Positions 51,328-63,815 of a stretch of DNA of 64,000 nucleotides are shown piece by piece. The stretch is taken from the NCBI GenBank assembly GCA_000182565.2, contig KQ257461.1. One strand, given 5' to 3'. The notes under the pieces are model-generated. The model saw nothing but the letters and a program-made list of their open reading frames with translations, had not been told where the DNA came from and ran no database searches. The stretch's first letter is position 1. Every line of letters starts with the position of its first letter. The DNA comes from Spizellomyces punctatus DAOM BR117. Lineage: Eukaryota. The position numbers and the translations under genes are program-made.

Positions 51328-53138
51328 TCATCGAGGTTTGTTGGAAGATCCCGGAAGCAAGCTGGAAAGTCGGGGAAACTCCGTCGATGTGTCAATGTAA
51401 AATTCTTCCAATATATTCTCAATAGCGCGAAGGCGGTCATGGTCTGTAGGTAGCGGCTGCTGGGCTTCAAGGCATACTGCCGGTTCGTCAAGGGTATAGG
51501 TTTTCCAAACAACATCGCCAGGGCTCTCTTTTGTGGACGGAGACCATGATCGATGGGATTTGGGGGTTTGTGCGTTGGTGTCCGGCATAACGTCTACCGT
51601 AATTGGTGGTGCGTTCGAGTTGAGGTTTGTTTCAATAAGGGTTGTATTCTTCCCGTACTTTGACTGGAGGTAAGTACGCAACTGGATGCTGAACAACTTG
51701 TGAACAATGCCAAAGGGTTGAAGTCTGCGTGAGCCAAATAGGATCAAGAAAATGGTACCTGGTACCTGTCGGTGAGAAAAAAAAACGTCCAAAGCCCTCC
51801 ATCAACAAAACCATTGAACTTACTTAGAAACGAAAAAACACCTCCCATTGTCACGAATATATCTAGAATGGTGATCGATCGCACTTCTTGGCTAACGGGA
51901 ACTTGGAATAGGTTGGGATTGTTGGCTTCCGTAAGGAGATTGGAAGGGCTGATGCGGACATATATGCTATATACGACGTTAGGTCCAACGCTGCATGACG
52001 GTCTAAAACAAACCAGGATTTTTCACCTTGAGTGGTGGGACGTTCTCTGATTGTAAGGTGTTAGAGATTGAACCCAATAGTAAGCCAAACTGTTTCCCAT
52101 TGACCATTGAAGAATTGTTTGCGGTTCCCGTCCCATTTTCTCCGCAGCTTGATACTGTAAAAAGAGACTCATAGAAGTGTTGTATAAGACTTCCGATGGA
52201 AGGAACTGGAGTTGGCTAGTTGGGGCTTCGCGCGGGAATATGGCCGCTGTAAGCCGATCCAGTCTCGGGGGCCATACATTGCCATCGTCCTTTGTTCTGT
52301 TGGAGGGGTCATAATCATAGCTGTGGAATACACGAACTCCACAATCAGAGAAAGTAGAAAACAACGCCAAGGAAATCTATGAGCGCACCCGCAACTAATC
52401 GCAGAAATATATTTGGTGGGATCGCTGGTTGATGAAGGCGCATAGGCAGAAAAGCGGAGTCGACCGAGCGGTGAAAATCGGTGGCAGGGAATCGTTGCAT
52501 TCGTATCCCACTAAAAAGACATTGTCGTTCAATTAAGCTGGAAGCGCAGAGACATGCATCGCTGTCGATTTCCGATACCTACCATGACATTGCCGCCGTC
52601 TTGAGGAAAGGTAAAAGGTGCGACATATTGAGACAAAGGGACAGGCGTCCCGACCGTGGCGTCTTTTCCAAGGACTTCTCCAAAGCATACGGGATTAGCA
52701 TCGCCGGCCAAGAAGCTCGTAGCCGCCGGGACATTGTAGTATTGGGCGTTCATGCAGAAAACCATTTCTGAAACGAGAGAATGATCGAGGGCAGTAAAAA
52801 TGTTGTTTAATGGCTTTTGCAATAATAGTGAACAACAGAGTTGGGACTACCTGGCACCGCCAGTCCTATGCTGCTAAGAGAGTTTCTGACGAGAGGCACC
52901 TTTCGAAAGAAGACGATAAGATGAACATGATAAATAAAAGTTTCCCTCAAGCTTTCGGCATGATCAGGAAGGATGGATCTACCTGAGTGACATAACGGTG
53001 AAGGTTAATCGCGATGGCCCCCAGAAAGAGCACCACGATGGCTGCCAGTGTTAAGTTGCGGAGGTAGCGGATTGGCTTTGGCAAGTGGATGGATGATGGG
53101 GACAGCCCCGGCGACCGGGTTGATAACGAGATTTTCAT
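51328..53138 (-). CDS. Multi-exon hypothetical type II membrane or secreted protein (3' end uncertain, possibly degenerate)
   Basis: N-terminal hydrophobic anchor LTLAAIVVLFLGAIAI followed by collinear minus-strand ORFs with splice-like boundaries. Family not recognised. Confidence 0.5.
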
Positions 53139-54298
53139 AAAAGACTTGTGTTATGAGGAAATGAAGAAACCGATGGGCCGAAAAGTCGTTGCAGGCGGTA
53201 GTAAAGCCCTCAATGATGCCGACGGTATTTTGTCACTATTTGTTTATCCATGCCCATAAACGTAGATGTCGCTCTCCCTTCCAAACAAAATGTTGCCCCC
53301 AAAAAAAAATAAAAAAAAAAATAACTTGAGCACCAAGATGATGATTATAATAATGTTTTTTTGGCCGTCATTTGGATGGAGATTGGTAAAAGCACGCAAA
53401 AGGAAGATGGTGCATTTTGGCATGATAAGCAGGTGGGCGGCGAACCATTTGGGGAGGGAGGCTCCACAGAATAAACAAAAGCGTGCCAGCAAACCAAGAG
53501 GGAAGCGAACAATTGCGGTAAATGGCAGACTAAAAAAAAAGAGAGCAAAAAACTTCATTTTCCGTCTCTGGCGGGGGACATTTCAAAGACCAACTTGTTG
53601 CACGCCACGGCCCACTACGGCCCGCCCCGTTGACGGTTGACGGGGGACGGCCAGTACGGACAATCCGCCGGGACTGGCCATCCGCAAAACGATGGGGGGG
53701 AGGACTTGTCAAGTTTTTTGGAACAAGAAATCATTTTTCTTTTTGCCAAGAACACTTGCATGCACACATATACCGCACGCAGGAGGCAATCATCAAAAGG
53801 GCATGATACCCCACACGTACCACGTTGAACGGAGTTGCCGTATGTTTTTAGCCGTCGTGCTCGTTGGCAACTCTGCCAAAAAATCTCGGCAAGTTGGGCC
53901 TTGTTGAAAAAATCTTTGAAACTGGCGCTGGAAGGAACATGTCATAACACTCTGCTCAGCGGAGGGCGCTTCAGAAAAAAAAGTCGAGTGTTCAAAATGG
54001 ATATTATGGATACTCCCTCCAAAAACTGCGCTTCGCCGATCCCATTGCAGATAATGGTAGAATATTGCCCTTGTTTTTGATCATTAATCAAAAAAATGCC
54101 AGAAAACAGAAGTTTGACATTCGGAGGGCGCCTGGTTGAACGCCTGCACTTTGCCAAATGGTTACCACGAGCGCATACAAAAAAAAGAAAAAGCATATCG
54201 CAGCAGACGGTTGGTGACTTTTATTAGGAGCCCATCGGTATCGGTGGTCTCCATCGTCGTCCGTCCATCGGTGACTGATGAACGCCAACTCTTCAAGA

Positions 54299-56187
54299 AT
54301 GCTGGAGATATTTCTGTTGGCGATTGTCAGCGGGCTCCCCGGCATCGTTGCCCAGTTAATAATTGGGATCAAATACGTCAATCGAACATCCCCATATCTT
54401 CTAGGAAATGGCAGTTTCATCGACAACAACAGCACCAATCCCTTCCGAGAACCAAATCGCACTGTATATAACCTGATACCTCCAGAATTGGTTCCCGCTC
54501 ACAACGGACAGCCCATTCCTAAAGCATTTTGGGATGAATACTTTCATTGGGCGCACCGCGATAAAGAGCCAGATTACCAGCCGGCTCTGAATTTCACTAA
54601 ACGAGGGCAAATCCGTTATGGAGAATACTGCTGGCCGTGCCCGTAAGGCGTGCCTTGTTCCTTTGAACCGTGTATCAAACTCACTGAACATTTCTCATCA
54701 CAAATTCCAGTTACACTGTTCAAAAAAAGTACTGCAGTGACAAGTGCCCACCGCCATTCCGGGAAGACCGTCGTTCAGGGACGGAATTCGTCGCGTATAA
54801 ATATCCTGTGGCCGCTGACCCTGAGCGAATGGCCGGAGCATTCCCGATTAATCAGCGCTGGACGGTTTTGAAAGAGTGTAATCAGTGTATAAGAGAGAAA
54901 GAGACCGTAATCCCAGAAGTCACAACGTGCCTAAAGTAAGTTTGGAATCCGCACAGATGCGTAGCGAGTGGCTTACATCTTTCTCTACTAGATGCTTGGA
55001 TTATTACTCCTCATCTTTGCAAGGAATATGGCCTTTCAACCCTTTTCGAGACTTTCCCAAGTTGATCAATCAACCTGTTGTGGTGACCAATCACTATAAA
55101 ACTGTGTGCAATGGAACTCGATCGGTCAATGCTACGTGTTTGATCCAGTCCTTGAATTACGATGGACTTTACCACCTCGATGAAATGGTGAGGCAAGAAA
55201 GGCTAACTTCTTGTGGAATGGACTTGACGTTAAACCCAGTCTATCCCAGAACTGCACTACGGCACTCCCTCCCGAGTGTGTTCAGGTTATCGCACCTCCA
55301 GGCAAAAATTTGCCAAATGGTTCTCCAACGAACACGGACGTTCTTCCGCCTGATATTTGCCCTACGATTCCAGGAACCCCGGGAACATGCGATGGTGGAC
55401 CAGATACCAATATGTAAGATATTATCGTGTGGTGACCGTAACTCTGTAAGTGCACTGTTGGCTCATCTAAAGTCCTCCCGGTGAAAGCCCTGTCGATCCT
55501 GGTCCTGAAGACCCCAGCAACCCCACCAACCCTGGACATCGTGAACCCGATCCAAGTAACCCTGGAAGTGGCAATCCCGGCAATCCCAGCCCTCCTGTAA
55601 TTGGGAATCCCAGCAATCCAAGCGCCCCCGTACTGGGCAATCCAAACAATCCGACCAATCCTGGAATTGGCAATCCCGGCATTCCTGGCACTCCGAGCAT
55701 ACCTGGAAGTGGTAACCCCAGGCTTCCACTTGGAAGTGGCAGTGCCCTCCCTGGTCTTCCGGGCCAAATAGGTACACCCAACGGAATGATCCCGGATAGC
55801 CCTGGCAGCTACGGATACAATAGCCCGTCCAGCACGCAACCATCGTCTGGCGGCGCTGGCACCGGGGTTATCTCGGGACAGGGGAGCACTGGGCCGTCAA
55901 TAGCAAATCCAGTTAACAACAGACCTGGTGGTCCTTCCAGCAGTACCCAAACTGTACCCGGCAGCGGTGACACAAATACATCTGGATCATCAACCCCAAC
56001 GGGAGATCAGTCAGGACCCCATACTGGTAGGATACAAAAACGTGGTGCCTAGCACAGTTCAAGTTTACTTATTACAAACCTCTTTCCAGGCAAAAAGCCT
56101 GTTGGAAATGAAGCTGTCGCTCTGCGCATCGGCCACATCTGGCTTGCGTCATTGATTGCTGCAGCAGCCAGCCATGTTCTCTACTGA
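54299..56187 (+). CDS. Secreted, probably GPI-anchored Cys-rich and Pro/Gly/Asn/Ser-rich surface protein, multi-exon
   Basis: Signal peptide MLEIFLLAIVSGLPGIVA, several N-glycosylation sequons, Cys-rich exons, PSNP/PGNP repeats and a hydrophobic tail NEAVALRIGHIWLASLIAAAASHVLY*. Confidence 0.7.
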
Positions 56188-59100
56188 TACCATCATTGCA
56201 TGTCTCATCTTGAGTTTGCCACTTTCTCTATCGTAGCGCTGAGCGGGCTGATCTCGCTGCTCATATGAAACTGCAAACATCGTCATAGAAATCTATGCTC
56301 TATTCCAGTCTTGGATCACCTCATAGATGGAGTTAGGAAAGGGTAGAAGATATGCATCGTTCGTTCTGATCGTCCTGTACCGTGTTCGCACATCCATTTC
56401 GTTCGGATGTTTACCGTCGAGAATATAAAGGACATACACTCTTTGCCCATACTTGCGATCCAGCCATTCAGACACGTCCGACGAATTGAACGAGCACAGG
56501 CAGCAATAGGAGCTCTCACTCGACTACGAGACGCCAAGTGTCGTATTCGGAAAAAAAAAATGTGCCCGCAGGAACGTAGCAAACTCAAACACCAGTTGAT
56601 GGTATTGTCAAGGTCGAAAACCTGCTAGCAGATGGAGTGATCTTGGTTGATGCACAGTCGCACCTCTGATGTAGCCAAGGTGTCAGTTTCTCTATCAGCA
56701 CCCTATGCGTACCCTCTATGGAAGACTACCACAGATCTGATTTTAATATACCGTTCAGTTGGACCAACTCCTTTGAGAAAGGCCTCGGTTGTTCCCTTAT
56801 TGCCGTTTCAAATAGCGTTTTCCCGCTGTATAAGATTCAATGTTTATACCAATACAGGCTGTACGAGAGTAGAAGGAGGTGATAATGAGATGGGGGCCTA
56901 GGGTGACAAGGCTGCGTGGGGAATGGGTTTTACGCTAGCATTATGGATTACTGAAATTGTTAATCGGGCTCTGGATTGGCTATGGACAACCGTAATGCGT
57001 GGTTGTCCAGGCAAACTAAGTCATAAATGGAACATTGACTGGCATCAAGGATAGGAGACATGGTCATCCAAGCGATTTTCATAGACCTCCAATAAGAGAC
57101 ATGAGAGATTCTCATTTCCGAATGGGACAAGTCCCAATGATTGCCATGAAAGGATGAGGGTCCATCCCGTGCAAAGTGGGACGGCGAACGAAAGGACAGT
57201 CAACGACTAGTTGAGGTCCTCCAACAGGGTCATGGTCGACGAGGACTTGAGGTTCCTATCGTGAAAGAATATTCGACAAGCAGCGTGAGCCGGCATTCTT
57301 TATTGTTTGGGCGATCGAGCTAGATCCCATGCCGCAATCTACCGTACGGGTGAGGTGATCTCCTTTGGCTGAGCTAGAATACCATCCGCCAAGTCGGACA
57401 GTGCAAAGAATCCGCCAGACGTCTTTCTACATTGCGGTACCAGTCGCCGGTATTTTTCTTCTCCTCGTTGGCGCCTTTTGATTCTGGGAATAGTCTACCA
57501 TTCTTCTACCGGTTTACCAAATGATCTTACATCTCTAGCCGCGACTTCTCGGGCAAAAGTGAGAACTCAACCGTCGGATTCGAGGTCTGCCTGGTTGAGA
57601 CGTGCTTTATAATATTGTCACTCGCCGTGGTGGGAGAGGAACGACATCTTTCTAACTTGATCCAATCTAGAGATGCAGGTACACCTCACGGGAATCTGGT
57701 GATTAGAGCCGGTCCCAGTACTGCCCCCAATTTGGATGTAAGGCGAAACGTCAATCCTCGTTTGAGTCTGAATTCTTGGCCATCTTCTCTTGGGACAATC
57801 TTCTCATTGTGCCTGGAGTCCCTCAAGGTCCACGAGAAGATCTGCAATCTGATCTCTGGAATGGTCCTAGAAAATCGTGGGATTTGAGATTGGTATGGTC
57901 GATGTAAAAAATGCACAGCATTTCAAGGAGATGTGTTCAGAAAATGAACATCTCTTCTAGGCTCTTAATCTCGGAGGGGGACGCTGCTTCTGATCCAATC
58001 CAGGAGCCTGCAGGATACTGTCTCAGGCTTTCTTGTTTGCTCCGCATGCGGCTGACTCCATGTCTGGAGGGGGGACGCTGTTGCGAAAGGGGGACGGAAA
58101 CACAAAGTCTGAAAGGCGCAAACTCTTCTTTGAAGCGCGTAGTCGTGGTCCATCGTTGACATGACCGTCGGCCGTGAATGAAAGTGTTAAGATGGATGAT
58201 GCCCAGGGAATCCTTCGTCGACTGCAAATGGGAAGAGCGCCGATAATCTTCCTTCTCCTCATGTGCCCGACCGAAGTGATCCACTGGTGGGCAATGCCCT
58301 AGCCTCTTGTGAACTTTGGAATTTCGCAGCCAAGTATCGTCCGGCAATCCAGTGCTCTCATGCGTACGATGGGATGCACCATACTCCAGCATCGATAACA
58401 GTCTCTAAGCGGCGTATTGACTGTAGTCCAGAACTGAGGAGAGGTCTTCTCCCTGATTTCTCCCTGAGCATTTGTCCAGCCTATGGCGCAAAGCTAAGAG
58501 ATCAACACATACTCGACCACACTTGGTATTGGGTAGGAGATACAGCGTCAAACGGTACGGCGTTCAGATATAAGGGCCATTTGTTGGTCGGGGAGATGTC
58601 GCAATTGTTCATGTGGAAAGAGAAAGAGGCGAAGATGGAGAGACGAACTTTTTTTAGTCCTTAGGACCTTCGTGAGCAAAGAACGATTCAGAGAGAACAT
58701 TTGGGGAATGCCGCACGAGATGGCCGAGATTCGGGACGTTTTCTAATCGTGATGTATTGCTCTTCCGCCTTATTTTCCTCTTCTTCTTCCTCCGCTGAAC
58801 CATGCTCATGCAACTCCTCCTAATCAATTGGAGACGGTGCTTCTTGGAACACATCAATAGCAGGTGGGAGCTAATGTCTGCACTAAACTGCTCTGCACAC
58901 TCATCTCCATTTGGCGATGGACGCGGGTCTTGTCCGTTTTCCGGTAGGTCCGTGTAATGGCCAAACCTTTTCCATCTCTCATTTTTCCTGTATCTATTGT
59001 TGAGACTTCGCTATCCGTGTCTGAATCCATTCCTCGATGAGTTGATAGCCGGGAGATGTCGTAGGCACGAGATCGGAAAAGTTCTCTCTGGTGGACACTG

Positions 59101-60110
59101 CAATGTTTGTCAGTTGAGCAAGCTGCTCTCAAATGTTCTCTCTCTCCAAGCAGATCTCTCCGAGAGAAAGTGAGGGATTCGGGCAGTTGTGTATCCGCTA
59201 TCCAAGAGGAGACATCCGGTAGATGACCACCTTCGGCGCAGGTGAGTCCGTTGCCATTTGCCCCAGCTATGGAATGCGGTCCTGTTGACTTGGGTGCGAG
59301 CTTTTCGATGGCCGTTACGTTGTGTTGTGTATTTCCAGAATTGCGATAGCAGCGAAAGGCGTGTCATTCCCGTTCTTACCATTTGCATTGTTTGTTTCTC
59401 GTGTGGATTCCCAAGGCTCTCTCTTGCAGGCTTCAGAGGATCTGCAAACTGCTCCTTCAGTCTTCAAGCGAGGATCTCTTTTCGGCCAGAGATCCCTGTC
59501 CATCTCGTCAAAATATGAGATACAAAGGCATGTTTCCGTTACAAGCAATGTGAAAAACTCTATGGCTGCGGGCAGCGAATGTACGGCAATTGCACGTTCC
59601 AATCCTCGGGAGAATACTCATTCATAATCATAGGGCCAGTGTCTTGATGCTCAGCTCCGGAGGTCCATTTGAAAAGAGATGGTAAGAAGATTCTAAATTC
59701 GAGGACTCCAAGCTCATTTCAGCGGCACTCTGTATAAACAGTTGTCCGGCGGGATGAGACGGGGGACTCGGGCGGGAGATGCTTTCAACCAATACACCGG
59801 CGACCTACCAGCCATCCACCATTTATGAGTGAGAAAGGACAACGGATCTTGCTAACATCATCCATCATTTGAAGCAGTCTTGGACTGGTGGATCTCTTGG
59901 TGGGCGTCACCAGTTCCAAAATATCCAGTACAAGTCGTTCCCACACATGTACAGCACCCAAAGGTCCACATCACTTTCGTTAATTGCCTTAGCCTTGGGC
60001 AAGGCTACTCGTTAGCGACCAACTTTTTACCCAACCAGCAACCAGGCACCCATATCCCTATCGGAGGCGTCCTATGCTCTCATATCGACCGATGTCGTGC
60101 GAAAACGTTT

Positions 60111-60962
60111 CAACAAATCACCTCAAAGGTCGCGAAGAAAGCAGACTAGCAGACTTCAGGCTTGCCTAGCGACCGCCGCACCTGTTTCTGAATATCGTCG
60201 GGAAGAGAAGCCGACGTGACGCGCCCGAAACCCTTACAGTTACTGCCCACCATCAGGCACTACAAACAAACACACTGCATCGAGTCGTCGCCAGATCGAC
60301 CTCGACATTCGACCTTTCTCCAGAGTCGCCACAATCCTACGCGAAATCTGCATCATTCCTAACGAAGAATGGGCCGCTTACCGAACCGGATACCGCAAAG
60401 AACTCTGTGAGTTCCGCCTGAAACCAACAACCTCCGACTTGGCCACCAAATATACCACAATACGGTGGCTAGCCGAAATTTTCTTCACGCTAGGAGTTGA
60501 CACATATGAGCAGCTCGTCCAGCTGCATTGGAAATGGGGCGATTCAGAAAGTTTCCTTTTGACGTCAGCTCAACATAGCATCAAAAACGTTTCAAGATGG
60601 ATATCAACAAGGAGTACATTCTCTTCACAGGGACTGTTAGAATAAGCGGTCTTGTGATTTGCTTGGAAGACTATTATCAATGGAATGATGACTCCATAAG
60701 CAATGTCAGTTGAAACATTTGTCAAACATCTCCCTTTTCGCGTGAAAGAAGTTGTGAAAGACACCGATATAGAGACCCGAACTTTCAGCGACCCGGTCTT
60801 AGCCTGGAACTGCGCGGTGATGGTGGGCAGTAACTGTAAGGGTTTCGGGCGCGTCACGTCGGCTTCTCTTCCCGACGATATTCAGAAACAGGTGCGGCGG
60901 TCGCTAGGCAAGCCTGAAGTCTGCTAGTCTGCTTTCTTCGCGACCTTTGAGGTGATTTGTTG
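60111..60962. repeat. Perfect 145-bp inverted repeat (60111-60255 / 60818-60962) around a 562-bp spacer
   Basis: caacaaatcacctcaaagg...tactgcccaccatca is the reverse complement of tgatggtgggcagta...cctttgaggtgatttgttg. Confidence 0.95.
60256..60927 (+). pseudogene. Stop-interrupted ORF remnant filling the IR spacer and running into the right arm
   Basis: ORFs at 60439 and 60703 are in the same frame, separated by three stop codons. Confidence 0.45.
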
Positions 60963-61117
60963 GAACGGGTTGCCTTGTTTTTGGGCCTGCTCGTCCATTC
61001 CTATGTACTATGTAATGTAGAGAATATTATCGGAGCAAGCGCATGTCGCAGGCAGAAAGACATAGAACAGATGGGCGCTAACGTCCAAGATACCCTAATC
61101 CTAATCCCTAACCCATC

Positions 61118-61702
61118 TCATCTATACATGACGTCTGTTCGAATAACATACTTCGTCCCCTCTTTCACCACGCTGCCTTCATGAAGCATCTCATGCTCAA
61201 AGATGAGCACCCTCCCTGTCTTCGGGGTCACTGAGTGGAGAATCTTCCGTTCGAGCCCTGTGAAACGGAGGAAAGTCGTCTCCCCACCAGAGAAGCCCTC
61301 ATTGAGATAGATCTGAACGGTGATGAAACTGGTCTCGCTGCCATCCGGAGTTGTGTACTCCCCATCGAAATGAGGCTTGAAATAGTGACCTTTGGAGTAG
61401 CGCAAGAACTTTAACTGATTGTTCAAGCGAGACAAGGTTCTCCCGCTCCAAGTCAATGGAAGGACATCTCTCAAGCGCTGCAAGACGCAATCAGCGAGGC
61501 TGGCATCGTCGTTTAGCCAGCGCAAACAGTTGCGGATCTGCTTGCAAGCAACTTGCTGACCATTGTCGTTCACTGTTGCGTGAGCAAAACCGTCGCTGCG
61601 CTCCGCGAGATCAATGAGCTCCTGGCACTCCTCGCCTGAAAAAACGGAGTCCACTACCAACGCAAAGCGTCCGCTGAGGTTCAAGTTCTGGGCAACGGGC
61701 AT
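61118..61702 (-). CDS. 2OG-Fe(II) oxygenase, prolyl-4-hydroxylase-like
   Basis: FKPHFDG (HxD), QIYLNEGFSGGET, HEG and KYVIRTDVMY. Confidence 0.92.
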   Translation of the reverse strand: MPVAQNLNLSGRFALVVDSVFSGEECQELIDLAERSDGFAHATVNDNGQQVACKQIRNCLRWLNDDASLADCVLQRLRDVLPLTWSGRTLSRLNNQLKFLRYSKGHYFKPHFDGEYTTPDGSETSFITVQIYLNEGFSGGETTFLRFTGLERKILHSVTPKTGRVLIFEHEMLHEGSVVKEGTKYVIRTDVMYR

Positions 61703-62293
61703 GACGGGTGTTGTTGTAGTTGTGGTTTTTTGCTATTGAGATGCTCTGTTTGTGGAGCTATGCGGACAGGAAGCTCGAACGATCTCGACGATTTGGTGCG
61801 TTCGTGAGCGTGCGCGTTTGCCGCGTGATCTGCTTTTGGCCATCGCGTTTCGCTTATACACGACGACTTACTTTTGGTACAAGGGTAGATTAGACAACAT
61901 TCTCCAGCTCAAAGTCTTTTTCCAATATTGATTCTATCTTATTTGTTTACTTCAGGGGCGGAAATAAGCCAAACTCTCTTTACCAACGCAAGCAGAAGTC
62001 ACTAGTGTGGATACGCTCGACCGCTTTCGTACAAATTTGAAATAGTTTCACTTCCCGTCTGACCCTACCTGTCGGGTCGTAGAGGACCGATCTGTTATAC
62101 TTTAGTATTGCATCATAAGGACACTTTGCTAGTAGATAGGTGTTTAGCCTGCTCACTTTTATCGATAAACTCCCAGGACTCATCACGCGCTTGTAAAACG
62201 AACGTGATCAGGTTAGCGGCGGCTTCGTTTCAGCCGTATGGAAAGTCTTTCATGGATTCGTGTCTAGAATACACTTTACGTTTGCTATAAAGC

Positions 62294-62971
62294 TTATGAT
62301 TTTGAGCAGAAATAGAACAAGAGAGAAACTGGCACAAACCCTATCACGAAACTGAGCAAGGCAGGGGCCAATGGTCCCCGTGCCCTCCAGAGGCCACCGA
62401 TTTTCAAGGCTAGGCTGGCAACCGCTCCTATGGTAAAGAAAAGGTTCGCCCCAAACGACAGCTTACTGTCCGTTATCGCCTTCTTGGTCCATGTGGTCTG
62501 ATACAACCCGAGGCCAAATTGTGCCCCGGTCAGACACAACGGAATGAGAACGGAGACAAAGTAGTCTCGATAGATCCTCGCTTTCGTCACAAACAGGTCA
62601 TGCGAATCGTCGCGACTGACATAAACTGCCACGACAATTGATCTTCCTTCAACGTTGTAAGAATACTTTGATCGGGGAACGAGGAACCCCGTCTTGTCGT
62701 GAAGCTGCTTTTCCCGCTGGAAGCGGTGGCAGTAAATATTTGCGCGAACAAGGTGCTGTACTTGAATAGGGCTGAGCGACGTGCGTAGGAAGTGTCCCAT
62801 GTCGAACAGCTTTGAGAGGTCGGATTCCAAGATGTGCAGGCTGGCTTCAGCGTATTGAAAAGCTAGCACGCTATGGTTGAACGCCTTGCAAAACAGCATC
62901 TTCTTTCTGACACTGCCGTCTGCCCAGTATACAATATGGTGCAGGATCTCTGGAGGAAGTCTCTTGCCCAT
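62294..62971 (-). CDS. F-box-like N-terminus protein with two C-terminal transmembrane segments
   Basis: MGKRLPPEILHHIV at the start and hydrophobic C-terminal helices. Confidence 0.65.
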   Translation of the reverse strand: MGKRLPPEILHHIVYWADGSVRKKMLFCKAFNHSVLAFQYAEASLHILESDLSKLFDMGHFLRTSLSPIQVQHLVRANIYCHRFQREKQLHDKTGFLVPRSKYSYNVEGRSIVVAVYVSRDDSHDLFVTKARIYRDYFVSVLIPLCLTGAQFGLGLYQTTWTKKAITDSKLSFGANLFFTIGAVASLALKIGGLWRARGPLAPALLSFVIGFVPVSLLFYFCSKS

Positions 62972-63146
62972 CGTGATGCAGCCGGAAGAGATGGGGTCAG
63001 ATGAGGGGGGATTTTCCAGATGGCTATCATATGGACTGCGGGTGGCAGAATGGAACGATTTCCTCTTAAGTTTGATCACGTGATCCAGATTGAGGCCATC
63101 TGGCCACCAGGGCCGAGGGTAAACAAGGAACAATCATGTAGTCTTC

Positions 63147-63815
63147 TTATACAGGAATAATGTCTTCCGGTGGGGGAAGGTGAGCCCAAAAGTAGAACTT
63201 CCTGACTTCCCGGGGCACCATAGCTAGGCCCCATAAAACAGACTTAAAGTCGGTCGCATCGACAAGTGTATCGCGAATTATGGAACAGATGATGGGTGAT
63301 TTGATCTCTCCGTCAGAGTTTTTGTACCATCGGAAAAGGATCCGGTCTCCGTCTTCCACCAAGGAGGACCGTCCAACCTGGCCAAGCATCGTCGAAACTA
63401 CGCGGTTGGGATCCCCGTGAGATTTTGTAATTTTCATCCTCCAGAATTGCAAGGAACTTGCGATAATCTCGGCTGCATCCGGCGACAGCGTGGGGTCAAT
63501 TGCGGTTGCGAGTTCCGTTACGGCGTCGAGAGTCCGATATTCAAGCTCATGTCCCTCTAGAATGGCTAGACCTGTCCGAACGATGCGCTGGAAAGGAACA
63601 GCGCCAGTGTTATGCAGAAATGCCTCTTGAAAGGCTGCTACAAGAAATTGCCGGTGCACCAGGCTGGATTCAGCGTATCTGAAAGCTAGCACGCTGCGGT
63701 TGAACGCCTTGCAGAACAGCATCTTCTTTCTCACACTGCCGTCTGCCCAGTACACAATATGGTGCAGGATCTCGAAAGGAAGTCTCTTGCCCATTGTGAT
63801 GCAGCCGGAAGACAT
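63147..63815 (-). CDS. F-box-like N-terminus protein with an unrelated soluble C-terminus
   Basis: MGKRLPFEILHHIV; the N-terminal block is nearly identical to that of the neighbouring gene. Confidence 0.65.
   Translation of the reverse strand: MSSGCITMGKRLPFEILHHIVYWADGSVRKKMLFCKAFNRSVLAFRYAESSLVHRQFLVAAFQEAFLHNTGAVPFQRIVRTGLAILEGHELEYRTLDAVTELATAIDPTLSPDAAEIIASSLQFWRMKITKSHGDPNRVVSTMLGQVGRSSLVEDGDRILFRWYKNSDGEIKSPIICSIIRDTLVDATDFKSVLWGLAMVPREVRKFYFWAHLPPPEDIIPV

Noticed and set aside
55463-55843. Cys-rich and collagen-like minus-strand ORFs
   Set aside because: Antisense shadows of the plus-strand Pro/Gly/Asn repeat exon.
58330-58400. Ulp1-protease-like 'WCIP...EHW' on the minus strand
   Set aside because: Interrupted by stops and no downstream catalytic Cys motif was found.
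61093-61114. Telomere-like CCCTAA repeats
   Set aside because: Only about three degenerate units, too short to support an interstitial telomere.
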